A DNA stretch of 64,000 nucleotides from Candidatus Woesearchaeota archaeon (lineage in GTDB: Archaea > Nanobdellota > Nanobdellia > SCGC-AAA011-G17 > JAGVZF01), in contig JAGVZD010000003.1 of NCBI GenBank assembly GCA_018302805.1, positions 6,538 through 70,537 of the forward strand, in the 5' to 3' direction. Positions 1 through 8,704 of the stretch are shown in pieces (the stretch's first letter is position 1; every line of letters begins with the position of its first letter). Both the position numbers and the translations under genes were made by a program. The notes beneath the pieces are model-generated. The model made no database searches. It was not told the origin of the DNA and saw only the letters and a list, made by a program, of their open reading frames with translations.

Positions 1-733
1 TATCTTTATCATCCCATATTTTTATTACAATTTTGAAATCTTTTTTTGTTATCTTCTTAATCCTTCGTTTTGCTGTAATTATAGATTGTGATGGTACTTT
101 GCCCAAAATCCTTTTACTTATTTTTAATCCTAATACTTGAGCAATTACTTCTTCTTCATTTTCAGAATACATATTCATAAGATTATAATGGACCAATTCA
201 TGTATTAATGTAGAATAAAACAAATTGATTGGTCTGCGTGGCAATCCCAAATATATTCCTTCTTTAGTTGTAGTTCCTTCAATATTCTTTTCCTTAACAA
301 GATAGTATATGTCTACAAGCCAAACATAAATGATTTTCGTTTTAAATAACTTTTTAGTTTCATCTTCAATCATTTTTAGTATTTGCTTTATTATTTTACC
401 ATTTAGCTTGGACACTATTCTTTTTGCTCTATTGTTGAATAATAATCTATTTTTAGTATAATAATTTTTATAACTCGAATAGATTTGTTCGAATAATTCT
501 ACAGATATCTTTTTCTTTAATGCAAATGGATTTTTTGATAATTCTTTTAAGAAATTTTCATCATCTTCAAGAGTTTCTTTCCTTTTAATTTTGTCAATCT
601 CTTTTTTAATTCTCAGTTTGTTTATTTTGGATAAAGCATCTTCTGTGCATCCAGGAAACTCTTCGAATAAGTATATAATGAAAGCTGAAAAATTAGTTTT
701 AAAATCGATTTTGAATTGGATTTTAGGCAACAT
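1..733 (-). CDS. HExxH (zincin-like) putative metallopeptidase, truncated by window start
   Basis: Manual translation from ATG at 733: MLPKIQFKIDF...STLIHELVHYNL...NEEEVIAQ, open to position 1; absent from the ORF track. Confidence 0.7.
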   Translation of the reverse strand, partial: MLPKIQFKIDFKTNFSAFIIYLFEEFPGCTEDALSKINKLRIKKEIDKIKRKETLEDDENFLKELSKNPFALKKKISVELFEQIYSSYKNYYTKNRLLFNNRAKRIVSKLNGKIIKQILKMIEDETKKLFKTKIIYVWLVDIYYLVKEKNIEGTTTKEGIYLGLPRRPINLFYSTLIHELVHYNLMNMYSENEEEVIAQVLGLKISKRILGKVPSQSIITAKRRIKKITKKDFKIVIKIWDDKD

Positions 734-769
734 GATATTTTGATACTTTCTTTAATATATAAATTTTAT

Positions 770-860
770 CGCAACTTTCCTAGCCCGCCAACTCTTCGCC
801 AATTTTTGCTTCGCAAAAACCTTTGCACTTTGGCTCGGGTTTCTTTCAGAAAACCGCAAC
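770..860. repeat. GC-richer intergenic palindromic element (REP/MITE-like hairpins)
   Basis: TTTTTGC-TTC-GCAAAAA (803-819) and GGTTTCT-TTC-AGAAAACC (~838-855). Confidence 0.45.
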
Positions 861-936
861 TAACAGGAATTATATTCAATTATTTTTTAGCCCCTGGAAA
901 GAAAACTTAATAAACTTTAATCCATAATCATATAAT

Positions 937-1197
937 ATGAGTGATGTTGAAAAAAGGCTTAATGCAATTGAGCAAAGAAATAGGAAAGTTGAAGTAGACA
1001 AAGCTTGGGAAACAAGTTTGTCAAGAAAAATAATAATCGCTGTTTTAACTTACGCTATAATAGTATTATTTTTCCTCGTTGCTCAATTGCCAAAACCATT
1101 CATTAATTCTATTGTTCCAACAGCAGGTTTTGTACTTTCTACATTATCTTTGCCTTTTTTGAAAAAGTTATGGATTAAGTACGGGGCTAAAAAATAA
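937..1197 (+). CDS. small two-TM membrane protein
   Basis: 86 aa, charged N-terminus then two hydrophobic segments. Confidence 0.8.
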   Translation: MSDVEKRLNAIEQRNRKVEVDKAWETSLSRKIIIAVLTYAIIVLFFLVAQLPKPFINSIVPTAGFVLSTLSLPFLKKLWIKYGAKK

Positions 1198-1207
1198 CTC
1201 TGAAATT

Positions 1208-1218
1208 TCCCTTCGGGA
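1208..1218. repeat. short hairpin TCCC-TTC-GGGA downstream of the small membrane gene
   Basis: 4-bp stem with the same TTC loop as the hairpins at 803-855. Confidence 0.35.
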
Positions 1219-1321
1219 CGTTGCACTAAGATTCAATCTCTAACAAGAGGACCCAGCAACCATTTCGATTAGCCTAGTATTTCAAAGAAATATTTAAATA
1301 GAATTCTTCACTTGAATAATT

Positions 1322-1699
1322 ATGAAATTAAATAAACTAACTCCAGAAGAAGCAAGAGTTATCATAGAAAAAGGCACAGAACTTCCATTCACAGGCATTT
1401 ACAATGATTATAAAGAAAAGGGAACTTATTTGTGTAAGCAATGCAATACGCCTTTATTCAAATCAGAAGATAAATTTGATTCTGGTTGTGGCTGGCCAAG
1501 TTTTGATGACGAAATTAAAGGAGCAATAAAAAGAATTAGAGATAAAGACGGATCAAGATTGGAAATTCAATGTGCTAAATGTGGTGCTCATCTTGGTCAC
1601 ATATTTGAAGGAGAAAATTTCACCAAGAAGAATGTGAGGCACTGTGTTAATTCAATATCCTTAAATTTTATTAAAAATGAAAAACAAAAGTCCTCATAA
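1322..1699 (+). CDS. msrB: peptide-methionine (R)-S-oxide reductase
   Basis: GTELPF, KFDSGCGWPSF, CxxC pairs, HLGHIF, RHCVNS motifs. Confidence 0.97.
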   Translation: MKLNKLTPEEARVIIEKGTELPFTGIYNDYKEKGTYLCKQCNTPLFKSEDKFDSGCGWPSFDDEIKGAIKRIRDKDGSRLEIQCAKCGAHLGHIFEGENFTKKNVRHCVNSISLNFIKNEKQKSS

Positions 1700-1735
1700 A
1701 TAAATTTAAATACATCCAAATTACAGTTCTTAAAT

Positions 1736-2428
1736 ATGAAAAAAGAAATAAAGTTTCTTTTTAGAGCTTCTACTGTTGGCGAAGAAGTTGAAGAAGTTTG
1801 GCAAATTCTAAACAATTACTCATGGTACAAAACTAATGGTTATTCCCTAAATATTCCTAAAGATAAGAAAATAGACAATTTAATACAAATTTCTTTAAAG
1901 GAAAAAGGTTTACAAAGAAAAAATAGAAATCAGATTAAACAGATAATACAAGATACCTATGATGAAAAATATTTTAAAAATGGCCTTAATGTTCTGAATT
2001 CTTTGCGCCAGGATATTCACAGATGCTTTCCTAAATTTGTGGAGTATGAAAAATTGTGGAAATTTGGAATTCATAAGACATACGAAGTAATAATAACTTT
2101 ATATGGTACTGAAGGTTCTTATGATGTACAAACCAGAAGAATTTATATTTTAATTAAGAAAGGCGATCAACCAAAAAGGAATTATTTTTTCCAAACCATC
2201 ATTCATGAATTAGTTCATATTGGAATTGAAGATTTTATTAAAAAATTCAAGATAACACATAATGAAAAGGAAAGAATTGTAGATTTATTTTGCTCAAGAG
2301 AATTTAAAATAAAAAAATACATATTACAAAATATTGGGGATATTAGAATTGATAATTATATTGTGTCTGGTGGATTTAGGAATTTACCTTTAGCACTTAA
2401 GAAATATGTAAGAGATTTTCCTCGTTAG
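1736..2428 (+). CDS. HExxH putative metallopeptidase
   Basis: QTIIHELVH plus downstream NEKERIVD (possible third ligand). Confidence 0.6.
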   Translation: MKKEIKFLFRASTVGEEVEEVWQILNNYSWYKTNGYSLNIPKDKKIDNLIQISLKEKGLQRKNRNQIKQIIQDTYDEKYFKNGLNVLNSLRQDIHRCFPKFVEYEKLWKFGIHKTYEVIITLYGTEGSYDVQTRRIYILIKKGDQPKRNYFFQTIIHELVHIGIEDFIKKFKITHNEKERIVDLFCSREFKIKKYILQNIGDIRIDNYIVSGGFRNLPLALKKYVRDFPR

Positions 2429-2438
2429 AATATAAGAA

Positions 2439-2990
2439 ATGAAAAGCAAAAATGAAATAATTGTATTAGGTGGTGGATGCTTTTGGTGTACTGAAGCTGT
2501 TTTTTCAATGCTAAATGGCGTAATAATAGTAACTCCAGGATATTCGGGAGGTGTTACAAAAAATCCATCTTATAAGGAAGTTAGTTCAGGAGAAACAGGC
2601 CATGCAGAAGTTATAAAAGTGGAATTTGATCCATCTAAGATAAAATTATCCAAATTACTTAAAGTATTCTTCACATCTCATGATCCAACAACTCCAAATA
2701 AACAAGGAAACGATATGGGACCACAATATAGATCAATAATTCTATATTCTAATGAAAAACAAAAAGAAGAAATTGAAAAATATATACAAAAAATAAAGAA
2801 AAATTTTACAAACCCTATGGTAACACAAATACAAAAATTAGAAGAGTTTTTTTCTGCAGAAGCTTATCATAAGGATTATTTTAAAAATAATAAACTAAAT
2901 CCTTATTGCATTCTTGTTATAAATCCAAAACTTAAAAAATTAAAGAAAGAATATTCAGATCTCTTAGAGAAAAGTAAACTAAAACAATAA
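2439..2990 (+). CDS. msrA: peptide-methionine (S)-S-oxide reductase
   Basis: GGGCFWC, GHAE, HDPT, QYRS, AEAYH motifs. Confidence 0.97.
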   Translation: MKSKNEIIVLGGGCFWCTEAVFSMLNGVIIVTPGYSGGVTKNPSYKEVSSGETGHAEVIKVEFDPSKIKLSKLLKVFFTSHDPTTPNKQGNDMGPQYRSIILYSNEKQKEEIEKYIQKIKKNFTNPMVTQIQKLEEFFSAEAYHKDYFKNNKLNPYCILVINPKLKKLKKEYSDLLEKSKLKQ

Positions 2991-3020
2991 TTTTATAAAT
3001 AACTAAAAAAATAAGTAATT

Positions 3021-3980
3021 ATGAATATCCTACAAAGAATATTACTAGTATTAGCACTAGGATTTATTTTATATTTTTTCTCTGAAAGGGTATTTTGGTC
3101 ATTTTGGAAACCAGATGAAACTTTTGGAGGGACTATTTTAGGCGTTATATTCTATTCATTAGTAGCTTATGCAATAATCTTAATAATCAGCTATTTTAAA
3201 GTTAATAATATTTATTCCATTTTTATTACTGGAGCTATATTTGGTTGGTTAGATGAAGGTCTACTTACAACAACACTCTATGGAATAGAAGGAAGCCCTT
3301 TTCCTGCATCGATATCATGGACTGGACTGGCATGGCATGCATTAATTAGTTTTACAATAGGATTTTATTTGATAAAATTATATATTAATAAAAATCAGAA
3401 AACTAAATTAGTATTATTATCAATTTTTATAGGTTTATTTTGGGCTTTGTGGTCAATATTTTGGAAATCTGAAGATCCAAGTTTAAATATACCTTTTGAT
3501 GGCTTTTTAATTCATGCTTTTGTTAGTTCACTCTTATTAATAATAAGCTTTATTTATTTTAATAAATCTATAAAGGAATTTAATCCAAGATTAGCAGAAA
3601 AAATTATTATTCCATTATTATTAGTTATATATTTCATAACTGTGACATATCCTACCAATCCAACATCCATAGTAATACTGCCAATATTACTTGTATTAGC
3701 ATTCTTAATATTGTATAAAAATAAAAAAATGGAATCAGATAATATATTTGCAAATAAAACTAGTAATAATTATTTTAATTATATAATATTAATAATAATT
3801 CCAATAGTAGCATCCGCATCTTATTATTTGATTTACAATTTGAAAATTGTTTTTCAATCAAATTTAATTGTATATTATGTTACAATGCCATTAGGATTTA
3901 TTGCTTTTATTTATAGCACAATTAAAATATTCAATAAAAGCACATATGAAAACAAGAAAATTATTAAGAGCAGAAATTAA
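3021..3980 (+). CDS. multi-pass membrane protein, unknown function
   Basis: about ten hydrophobic segments. Confidence 0.75.
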   Translation: MNILQRILLVLALGFILYFFSERVFWSFWKPDETFGGTILGVIFYSLVAYAIILIISYFKVNNIYSIFITGAIFGWLDEGLLTTTLYGIEGSPFPASISWTGLAWHALISFTIGFYLIKLYINKNQKTKLVLLSIFIGLFWALWSIFWKSEDPSLNIPFDGFLIHAFVSSLLLIISFIYFNKSIKEFNPRLAEKIIIPLLLVIYFITVTYPTNPTSIVILPILLVLAFLILYKNKKMESDNIFANKTSNNYFNYIILIIIPIVASASYYLIYNLKIVFQSNLIVYYVTMPLGFIAFIYSTIKIFNKSTYENKKIIKSRN

Positions 3981-4025
3981 CGGTGCAAACTATCTAAGCT
4001 TTAAAAACTTAGTGAATTATTTTTC

Positions 4026-4934
4026 CTAGTTTTTTATAAGATACCCACTTTCATAATAATCTTCAATACCACTAACAATATCAAAATTAGGTGTAAAATC
4101 AATTTTTTCTTTAGCTAATTTCATATCACATTCAGTGTAACTTTGATATCTTTCAGAAAATGGATTTTTAATATAAATAGGTTTTCTATCTAACTTTAAA
4201 GTAGAATTTAAAATTTTAATAATTTCATTAAAACTAATAGCTTTTCCAGTGCCACAATTAACAATACAGCTTTCTTTTGCATTAGAAGCAAACTTATTTG
4301 CCTTAACAACATCTTTAACATAAATATAATCTCTTTTTTGTTCACCATCAAAAAATATCTTAGGATCTCCATGAAGCATTTGTTGTGCTAATTGATATAT
4401 CATTGTTGCTCTTTTTCCCTTATGGCTTTCTCCAGGACCAAATATGTTACAATATCTCAATCCAACAAAAACAACATCTGAATATTTATCTGCAAGATCA
4501 TTTACTAATTCTTCAAGAACAACTTTAGATTCAGCATAAGGATTTAGTGGATTAAGTTTGGTTTTTCCTTCAACATATGGGGCAGGTTCATTTCCATATA
4601 CTGCAGTAGATGATGCATAGACAATTCTCTTGCATCCATTTTTTATAACATTATTAAATAATGTAACACTTGAAATCACATTAGCTCTGAACATTTCTCT
4701 CCTGTCCATAAAAGTAGTATCATTAATTGCCGCTTGATGAAAAACAACATCAACTTTTCCGATTCTACCCCAATCTAAACCAATAAAACTTGGCTGTAAA
4801 TAGACCCCTCTAAAATTAATTAATTTTGTTTCAGCATCATGTCCAGTAATAACTAAATCATGTCCTTCATTATATAAATAAGAAGTTAAATTAAATCCAA
4901 CTAATCCAGTTCCGCCAGTAACTAAAATTCTCAT
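4026..4934 (-). CDS. rfaD: NAD-dependent epimerase, ADP-L-glycero-D-manno-heptose 6-epimerase-like
   Basis: GGTGLVG Rossmann motif, FHQAAINDTT, YxxxK (YAESK), GPGESHKGKRATMIYQL typical of HldD/RfaD. Confidence 0.75.
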   Translation of the reverse strand: MRILVTGGTGLVGFNLTSYLYNEGHDLVITGHDAETKLINFRGVYLQPSFIGLDWGRIGKVDVVFHQAAINDTTFMDRREMFRANVISSVTLFNNVIKNGCKRIVYASSTAVYGNEPAPYVEGKTKLNPLNPYAESKVVLEELVNDLADKYSDVVFVGLRYCNIFGPGESHKGKRATMIYQLAQQMLHGDPKIFFDGEQKRDYIYVKDVVKANKFASNAKESCIVNCGTGKAISFNEIIKILNSTLKLDRKPIYIKNPFSERYQSYTECDMKLAKEKIDFTPNFDIVSGIEDYYESGYLIKN

Positions 4935-4935
4935 G

Positions 4936-5331
4936 TCAAATAACTTTAAGTTCCTGTATCTTACAAAAATCTTTTTTATTATTAGTTTTTATATTAAAAT
5001 TTTCAAACATTGCTGTGCTTCCAATTAATATATCCCTAAAGTCAATTTGTTCTCCTGATTTTTCTAAATCAGCTTTAATTTTTCCTGCTTTTTTGACTAT
5101 AATTGTATTAAGATTAAGGATTTTAAGTCTAGCAGTAAGTTTATCAACAGCCTCAACATTTTTTTCAATATTATTTGATAAATAGGCACCATAATAAAGT
5201 TCAAAAACATTAATTGTTGTAGATGCAAGAACAGAATCTTTTTCTCTATCCTTTATCCATTTTGATATCTCTTGTTTATTTCTTAAGAAATCAACCAAAA
5301 TATCTGTATCTAAACATATGAGATTTTCCAT
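4936..5331 (-). CDS. vapC: PIN-domain VapC toxin
   Basis: LDTDILVD, ELYYG, DILIG, TNNKKDF acidic PIN motifs. Confidence 0.92.
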   Translation of the reverse strand: MENLICLDTDILVDFLRNKQEISKWIKDREKDSVLASTTINVFELYYGAYLSNNIEKNVEAVDKLTARLKILNLNTIIVKKAGKIKADLEKSGEQIDFRDILIGSTAMFENFNIKTNNKKDFCKIQELKVI

Positions 5332-5558
5332 TTACTCCATCCCTTTTTGGTTTTTTCTTTAATTTCTTTCCATTCAGAATCACTCATTTTCCAACTTCCA
5401 GCTAAGTCACTTATCATAGTTTTTGGTTTTGATATTCTAATTTCGTTTAAAGCCTCATCAAATGATATTGGCTTTCCGCTTTTCTTCTGTAAATTAGCAG
5501 CTTTTTTCAATAGCCATTCATAATTCTCTTTATTTATTTTAATAGTTTTAGATTCCAT
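5310..5558 (-). CDS. vapB: VapB-family antitoxin
   Basis: KTIKIN..YExL, SFDEAL, LAGSW; overlaps and precedes vapC. Confidence 0.85.
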   Translation of the reverse strand: MESKTIKINKENYEWLLKKAANLQKKSGKPISFDEALNEIRISKPKTMISDLAGSWKMSDSEWKEIKEKTKKGWSKWKISYV

Positions 5559-5563
5559 TTTAC

Positions 5564-5578
5564 ACTTAGTAACTAAGT
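5564..5578. promoter_or_regulatory. putative VapBC autoregulatory operator
   Basis: perfect 7-bp inverted repeat ACTTAGT-A-ACTAAGT between the TATA-like box and the vapB start. Confidence 0.6.
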
Positions 5579-5661
5579 AACTTTTTATATTTAAATCTTT
5601 CTATTCGAGAATAATTATGTTAACAAATATTTTTTCTAAATTAGGTTAAATTATATAAAGA

Positions 5662-6423
5662 TTACTTTAATTGATTTCTTTTAGAAGCTAGTTTCCATAA
5701 ATGCTCAAAATGATCTTTGTAAGTTGTAGCGATATTTTTATTTTTAATCATTACAGCTGTAACAGGAGATCCCCAGGTAACTATAACAACTTTATCTCCA
5801 TAAACAAATGTATTAGTGGGATTAAATTCAGTTGCCTCTAAAAACCTGTATCTTGTTGTTGGGGCTGAAGCTTTATCAAATAAGAAAACTCCCTTACGTT
5901 TAGTAGTAATTACTCTTTCTATAATTTTATTTGCTTTTAAATCTCTAAAATATTGCTTCATGAAAATAGGCAATGCTTCTTGATATTTGCGATCATCAAT
6001 ACCTGTGATTAAAACTTCATTTCCTGTTTTTATTATATCTTTTAAAAAGTATTTTAGGCCTTCATTTCCTCTAAAAACTTCAACAAATGTATCTTGCCTA
6101 GGAAGTTTTGTCATAGCCTCTAATTCTGGTAAAATAGCATTGACAGAATTTTCTTGTGATTTCAATTCTCTCATTTTATCTTCTAAATATTGCTTGATTT
6201 TAGAAGGATTTGTTGCTTGAAAAAATTTCTTCGATCCCATATAAACATGTGTTACAAGTCCTTTATTCATTAACTGCTCTAGTTTATCATATACATGAAC
6301 TCGATAAATATCTGTTCTTTTTCCTATATCATAAGCTGTACTTGCTCCAGACTTAAGCAAATCAAGATATATCTTAATTTCGTTTTCTGTTAATCCAATA
6401 TTTCTGAGTGCTTCTGTATTCAT
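5662..6423 (-). CDS. TrmB-family transcriptional regulator
   Basis: IGLTENEIKIYLDLL wHTH, VYDKLEQLMNKGLV, C-terminal effector domain ending FEHLWK. Confidence 0.92.
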   Translation of the reverse strand: MNTEALRNIGLTENEIKIYLDLLKSGASTAYDIGKRTDIYRVHVYDKLEQLMNKGLVTHVYMGSKKFFQATNPSKIKQYLEDKMRELKSQENSVNAILPELEAMTKLPRQDTFVEVFRGNEGLKYFLKDIIKTGNEVLITGIDDRKYQEALPIFMKQYFRDLKANKIIERVITTKRKGVFLFDKASAPTTRYRFLEATEFNPTNTFVYGDKVVIVTWGSPVTAVMIKNKNIATTYKDHFEHLWKLASKRNQLK

Positions 6424-6457
6424 ATATTTCTGAAAATCAAACAGGTATTTAATTTTT

Positions 6458-6476
6458 TCGTACTATTATAGAACGA
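6458..6476. promoter_or_regulatory. putative TrmB operator between divergent promoters
   Basis: imperfect palindrome TCGTACTAT-T-ATAGAACGA directly upstream of TTTTATAAA (6482-6490). Confidence 0.55.
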
Positions 6477-6524
6477 CATAATTTTATAAACTTAATATAT
6501 CGTCTCTAATAAGTAATAATTTAG

Positions 6525-6943
6525 AGGTAAATAAAAATGGCAGAATATGAAGAAATAAGAAAATTGTACGAAACATTGAAACCTGATTGCTTTTATTGGG
6601 ATATTCCAGCAGATGACTTGTTGCAGCATAAGAGTTATCCTCTTAGTGTCCAACTACCAAGAGTATTAGAGAAGGGAGCGACTGCCCGTGTTGATTTGAC
6701 CGTATCTTTTTCTGGCGCAGAAACCCTAGAGCAGCGTATAGATAAAATTAGATCTCTAGATGTACTTCGTGACTATTTAAAAGAATGTGGGTATGGACCT
6801 TCTGGGTCTTCTGGACTCTTTGGAAGCCTTTATGAATATACAATCTTATTCCACATTCCAATAGAGTCACGAGAGGATGTGGCTGGCATGTTCAAAAATT
6901 TGAGTTTTGAAAGAAACATGAAGGAAGGTAAATAAAAATGGCA
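6525..6943 (+). repeat. repeated RBS/start unit of the ORFan array
   Basis: AGGTAAATAAAAATGGCA identical at 6525-6542 and 6926-6943; TTAGAGGTAAATAA identical at 6521-6534 and 8689-8702. Confidence 0.8.
6537..6935 (+). CDS. hypothetical protein (ORFan array 1)
   Basis: 132-aa ORF with GAGGT SD. Confidence 0.8.
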   Translation: MAEYEEIRKLYETLKPDCFYWDIPADDLLQHKSYPLSVQLPRVLEKGATARVDLTVSFSGAETLEQRIDKIRSLDVLRDYLKECGYGPSGSSGLFGSLYEYTILFHIPIESREDVAGMFKNLSFERNMKEGK

Positions 6944-7273
6944 AAATTAACATTAAGTCATAAATTAGGATATAAATTATCAAGAGCAGTAGATTGCGAT
7001 CTTACAGAATTAGAAAGCGCATTAGATTATTGTGCCCCACCTAGTGAAAGAAAAGGATATTGGCCTCATAACCCAGAAGTACCAGATCCAGTCGAAGCTT
7101 ACATAGCATGTTATGAAACTTTACGTGGGATAGATCCTGATACTGAAAAGACTATAGCCCAATATGTTGAAAGGGCTTTAGCAGATGAAGAAGACTCTTC
7201 AGAAATATTTGGACTAGTAAAAACATTAGCAAAATATTTACTTGAACATAAAAGTGAGGAAAAGCAAAAATGA
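6938..7273 (+). CDS. hypothetical protein (ORFan array 2)
   Basis: 111-aa ORF with SD, 2 nt after the previous stop. Confidence 0.8.
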   Translation: MAKLTLSHKLGYKLSRAVDCDLTELESALDYCAPPSERKGYWPHNPEVPDPVEAYIACYETLRGIDPDTEKTIAQYVERALADEEDSSEIFGLVKTLAKYLLEHKSEEKQK

Positions 7274-7836
7274 AAATGGGACTTAGTTTACATCCGAGCC
7301 TTAAAATTGATTTACCAAGCTTTAGGCCATTATGTCATATAGTGAATTTGCTGGGCGGGCAAGGGAATATTGAGGCAGAAGACGTGAAATTGGCTATCGC
7401 TGATTACAAGGCCAAGCATCCTGAAGGAGGACTTGCCTATAGAGTTGAAGGTCTATTCCAACCAGACTTACAAACACCTAGTCAGGCAGTGGCGTATTGG
7501 CTTAGAAGTGTAAATCCAAATGCAATCAAGGTTGCTGCTCTATGCCTTGAAGATCAAGTTTCAGAATCTGATCCTGATGTTCTACAAGCTGCATTAACCA
7601 CAATTCTACATACACTAGAATTATACAGAGATAGCAGGTCACTTCTAGTACAGAGACGAGAATCGGTAAGAGGAAAGCGTGCTCTTGAAAAGGCTAATGA
7701 GTTGTACGAACTAATGAAAAAAGCTACAATTACAAGTGATAAAAGTTATCTTGAAAGAACCTTAACTAGTGATGCATATATTGAACCATATATGGAATAT
7801 ATGCAGGAAACACTTAGACAAATAGACAAGGACTAA
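7270..7836 (+). CDS. hypothetical protein (ORFan array 3)
   Basis: 188-aa ORF, ATGA overlap with the previous gene. Confidence 0.8.
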   Translation: MKMGLSLHPSLKIDLPSFRPLCHIVNLLGGQGNIEAEDVKLAIADYKAKHPEGGLAYRVEGLFQPDLQTPSQAVAYWLRSVNPNAIKVAALCLEDQVSESDPDVLQAALTTILHTLELYRDSRSLLVQRRESVRGKRALEKANELYELMKKATITSDKSYLERTLTSDAYIEPYMEYMQETLRQIDKD

Positions 7837-7878
7837 CTATTTAGTATCTAAAGGGAAACATTTGGAGGTTTTGCTAAA

Positions 7879-8184
7879 ATGAAACGATATTACATATTTG
7901 GAAAAGATGGAAAGTATAGCTTTGGACTACTAGACTTAACACACTGTGGATTCGATGCTACACACTTTGGAAGTGACCGATACAATTGGATAGTAAGAAA
8001 ATATGATGAAAGCTGTGCACGATCTGGTTCTCTTTTGTACTGTGCGACAACTTCTACTAAATTAGAAATAGGTATGGTAGTAGACGTTATATTAGAAGCA
8101 AATAAAACTGGTACGTTGGACCTCTTGGCTTTGATTAAGAAAATAGATGATATTCATTTAAGTCCTAGAATGGTAAAAAAATGA
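7879..8184 (+). CDS. hypothetical protein (ORFan array 4)
   Basis: 101 aa, GGAGGT SD. Confidence 0.75.
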   Translation: MKRYYIFGKDGKYSFGLLDLTHCGFDATHFGSDRYNWIVRKYDESCARSGSLLYCATTSTKLEIGMVVDVILEANKTGTLDLLALIKKIDDIHLSPRMVKK

Positions 8185-8687
8185 AAAGAAAAATAATTTT
8201 TTCCGAATACAGCCAGAATAAGCATCTCGAATCTTTTAGAGGAGAGATTGTTAGGGCAGGAGAAGATCTTTTACAAAAGTTAAAACAAATCTGCCAGCGT
8301 AATGATTTTAGATATTATTTTCACACTAATGGGACTGATATGAGCAGGGGGGGTCTTCTCGAACCTTGCTTAGCAACGATAGATGAATGGATTTTGAACG
8401 ACCCAACCGAGATACAAACACTTTCTGTTAAAATTGAGGGAAGAGAATATTCTGAGTTTGGGAATGTAGGTATAAATCTATTAGAAAGAAGTATCTCTCA
8501 TGATGAAAGTAAGTGTTATTTAAATCCTAATAATATTCTTGCTCTTGCTCCAGAATTATACACTGGAAATTGTGACCTATTTACTCTTGCTATTGATATA
8601 GCTGTATATTATAGTGAAAGAGTAAAGAAGTCTATTGAGGGATTCGCAAAACTCGATAAACTTCTCAGAGAAAAACAAAATCCATAA
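8181..8687 (+). CDS. hypothetical protein (ORFan array 5)
   Basis: 168 aa, ATGA overlap. Confidence 0.75.
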   Translation: MKRKIIFSEYSQNKHLESFRGEIVRAGEDLLQKLKQICQRNDFRYYFHTNGTDMSRGGLLEPCLATIDEWILNDPTEIQTLSVKIEGREYSEFGNVGINLLERSISHDESKCYLNPNNILALAPELYTGNCDLFTLAIDIAVYYSERVKKSIEGFAKLDKLLREKQNP

Positions 8688-8704
8688 CTTAGAGGTAAAT
8701 AAGA

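Noticed and set aside
716-910. 64-aa ORF
   Set aside because: Overlaps the start of the minus-strand gene and the palindromic element; not protein-like
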